A stretch of DNA of 35,714 nt, from the NCBI GenBank assembly GCA_964373495.1, contig CAYJUW010000002.1, positions 1-35,714 of the forward strand, written 5' to 3'. This document shows positions 33,879 to 35,714 of the stretch, one piece after another. Position 1 is the stretch's first letter; every line of letters starts with the position of its first letter. Position numbers and translations under genes: made by a program. This DNA is from an uncultured Candidatus Saccharibacteria bacterium (GTDB taxonomy: Bacteria > Patescibacteriota > Minisyncoccia > Sungbacterales > SURF-37). The notes below the pieces were generated by a model, which was given only the letters and a program-made list of their open reading frames with translations, did no database searches and was not told the DNA's origin.

Positions 33879-34160
33879 ATGTCCTTTGACAACGATGGTT
33901 ATTCCACCACCAACACACCCGTACCGGCCGGGACTGTGGCCCCGGTCGAGAAGTCCTGTCCCGGGTGCGGCGGGCAGCTCATGATAAAGCACGTGGTCCG
34001 CAAACGCCAGGACTGCGTGTGGCCGAGCGGGTTCGTAAGCGGCAGTGGAAAAGTCAACCACGTCCTCGCCGAGTTCTGCCCGAACTGCGATCCGGAACCC
34101 GCCAGTGGCATCGAGGTTGATCCCAGTGGCTGGAAGAAACGGATGATCGGCCAGGACTAG
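33879..34160 (+). CDS. Zinc-ribbon protein (93 aa), hypothetical
   Basis: CPGCGG … CPNC pairs. GAAGGAGG precedes the ATG. Ends 27 nt before the next gene. Confidence 0.6.
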   Translation: MSFDNDGYSTTNTPVPAGTVAPVEKSCPGCGGQLMIKHVVRKRQDCVWPSGFVSGSGKVNHVLAEFCPNCDPEPASGIEVDPSGWKKRMIGQD

Positions 34161-34187
34161 TGAGGAGCACGAAAGGAGGGAGGCACG

Positions 34188-35654
34188 ATGCCCAAGTTCA
34201 GAACGTGGGAGGAGGAATGCCTCCCGCGTCTCCGAGTCATCAATGCAAATCGCCCCGTTGCGCTCTGCGTCCTCTGGAACCTCATCGAGAAGTTGCCCGA
34301 ATACGCTCCCGGAATCGAAGAGGCCGCGGGACTTGGCGTGATCGGTAACCTCCGTACGCCTATCGGTATCGGCTGGTTTCTCCGAGGACTCTGGAAGTTC
34401 CCCAACATCTCGCGCGTAGTTTTATGGGGAAGCGACCTTACCCATTCAGGACGAGCGCTTGCAACGCTCTGGGACAAAGGGCCCACTGCCGGTCATACCG
34501 TACCGGAATTCGGATGGAAACTCGATACCTCCATTCCGGATGAGGCCATCAACGTCCTCCGCCATACGGTAACCCTCATCGATCTCCGCCATGAACGACG
34601 CGCTGTCGCTCTGCTCCCCCATCTGTCCGAGAACCGGTGTGGCATCTTCACGAGAAGCGTAAGAGATTTCCTCCCGGTCCCCATCCCCGAGCGGCGCGTC
34701 CTACCAAACGAACCATCCTCGATCTTCATTCGCGGGCAAAATCCCGGCGATGCATGGCTCCGCATCCTCCACTATCTCCTGCAATACGGCCGGCCGCGCG
34801 ACACGAGAAAGAAAGAGAGTATCAGTCACTGCTTCGACATGCACGTGGTTTTCCCGGTACCAGCAGAGGACGATCCTGAAGGATGGTTCGGCATCAGCCG
34901 GACCGATACCGAACGCTACCTCGCCGAAGTTCTCCGCCCATCGCCGCCGACAGCCGTGGATAGCGGCGGCCGAGAAGTAAGCACGGTCGACTACCACTAC
35001 GGCCAGCGTATCCAGGACTGGCGCGGCCATAACCAGCTCGAAGAGGTCATCGCGCGCCTGAAGGAAAATTTTGAGACGAAACGCGCGAGTATCGCTATTC
35101 TCGAAGTACCCGACCTCGAAGAGCTGGAAGATGCACCCTGTTGGTCACTCATCACCTTTGCCCTGATTAATGGCGAGCTCCACGCCTCGAATGTTTTCCG
35201 TAGCCACGATATGTTCGGTGGCTGGCCCAACAATGCCCTCGCGGTGATGTACGTGCATCGTATGGTAGCGAACGCGCTCGGCGCCGGCTTGGGGAGCGTA
35301 GAGATCATCTCCCAGAACGCTCAGATTTATACGCGGCACACCGCAGCAGCCGAGGAATGGGTCAGACAGATGGGCTTCACGCTCGAACAGGCGAGTCACC
35401 ATATCGGCTTCCGAATCGATCCGGCCGGCAGCTTCACGTTCACCATCCTTACTGACAACAGGGTGCGCGCCCAACTCGTAAGCCCGGCGGGCGATGAGGT
35501 GCTCTGGGAAGCGGAGAGTGCCAACCCGAGCGTGCTCATCCGCTGGATTGTGGAATCCATGGTGCTCGACCCACAGCACGTCCGCTACCTCGGCGCCGAG
35601 GAGGAGAAACTCAATCGCTCTTTGAAGACCGGCAAACCCTACCACCAGGGCTAG
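34188..35654 (+). CDS. Three-domain fusion: MtrA-like N-domain + thymidylate-synthase-fold core + DUF4346-like C-domain
   Basis: The core aligns with ThyA: YGQRIQDW / YGKQWRAW, KRASIA / SRRIIV, APCW / APCH (catalytic Cys), RSHD / RSCD, WPNNALAV / PFNIASYA (Asn kept), QIYTRH / HLYSNH. The N-domain IGNLRTPIGIGWFLRGL…NISRVVLWGSDLTHSGRAL resembles MtrA. The tail DPAGSFTFTI…HVRYLGAEEEKL resembles DUF4346. AGGAGGGAGG precedes the ATG. Confidence 0.75.
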   Translation: MPKFRTWEEECLPRLRVINANRPVALCVLWNLIEKLPEYAPGIEEAAGLGVIGNLRTPIGIGWFLRGLWKFPNISRVVLWGSDLTHSGRALATLWDKGPTAGHTVPEFGWKLDTSIPDEAINVLRHTVTLIDLRHERRAVALLPHLSENRCGIFTRSVRDFLPVPIPERRVLPNEPSSIFIRGQNPGDAWLRILHYLLQYGRPRDTRKKESISHCFDMHVVFPVPAEDDPEGWFGISRTDTERYLAEVLRPSPPTAVDSGGREVSTVDYHYGQRIQDWRGHNQLEEVIARLKENFETKRASIAILEVPDLEELEDAPCWSLITFALINGELHASNVFRSHDMFGGWPNNALAVMYVHRMVANALGAGLGSVEIISQNAQIYTRHTAAAEEWVRQMGFTLEQASHHIGFRIDPAGSFTFTILTDNRVRAQLVSPAGDEVLWEAESANPSVLIRWIVESMVLDPQHVRYLGAEEEKLNRSLKTGKPYHQG

Positions 35655-35714
35655 TCACTCGCCCCCGGGACTAAAATCCCGCGGGGCGTTTTCTTTTACC
35701 CGGCCAATCTCTAT

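Overview
GC-rich bacterial chromosomal window with short genes, markedly AT-rich spacers and four tRNA genes without an encoded CCA. By inference it resembles Candidate Phyla Radiation (Parcubacteria-type) genomes. No rRNA gene or CRISPR array was seen.

Gene content, left to right:
- Clp ATPase 5' end, HtrA protease, and a minus-strand Fe-S/redox cluster: Nfu, Fe/Mn SOD, ferredoxin, NifU/IscU, NifS and an Rrf2 regulator.
- MFS transporter and ThpR/LigT.
- An accessory patch: IS30 element, orphan gene, tRNA-Gln and a free-standing LAGLIDADG endonuclease.
- A membrane-anchored Clp-like AAA+ protein translationally coupled to a small membrane protein.
- tRNA-Met, then a cobalamin riboswitch controlling an S-component-like membrane protein.
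- SDR dehydrogenase, initiator tRNA, an islet of tiny ORFs, and tRNA-Asp with an att-like duplicate of its 3' end.
- MBL-fold hydrolase, malic enzyme and pheST.
- An antitoxin plus a RelE/ParE toxin gene broken by a palindromic insertion.
- gyrB carrying a 528-aa intein.
- secE-nusG-rplK with no rplA after it.
- A divergent pyrimidine module: an insert-bearing dCTP-deaminase-family gene opposite a zinc-ribbon gene and a three-domain MtrA-like/thymidylate-synthase/DUF4346-like fusion.

Most unusual signals:
1. A palindromic repeat family (CCCCGTTAGAAA..TTTCTAACGGGG) at five loci. Two copies are translated in frame (NifU and GyrB N-termini). One disrupts the toxin gene, and removing 83 nt restores that ORF exactly.
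2. AT-rich intergenic modules built from inverted arrays of degenerate 7-12-nt words. They share 16-18-mers and in places supply stop codons.
3. The non-canonical thymidylate-synthase fusion module.
4. A 32-nt repeat placed before both nusG and rplK.

All homology calls come from motif recognition by eye and need database confirmation.
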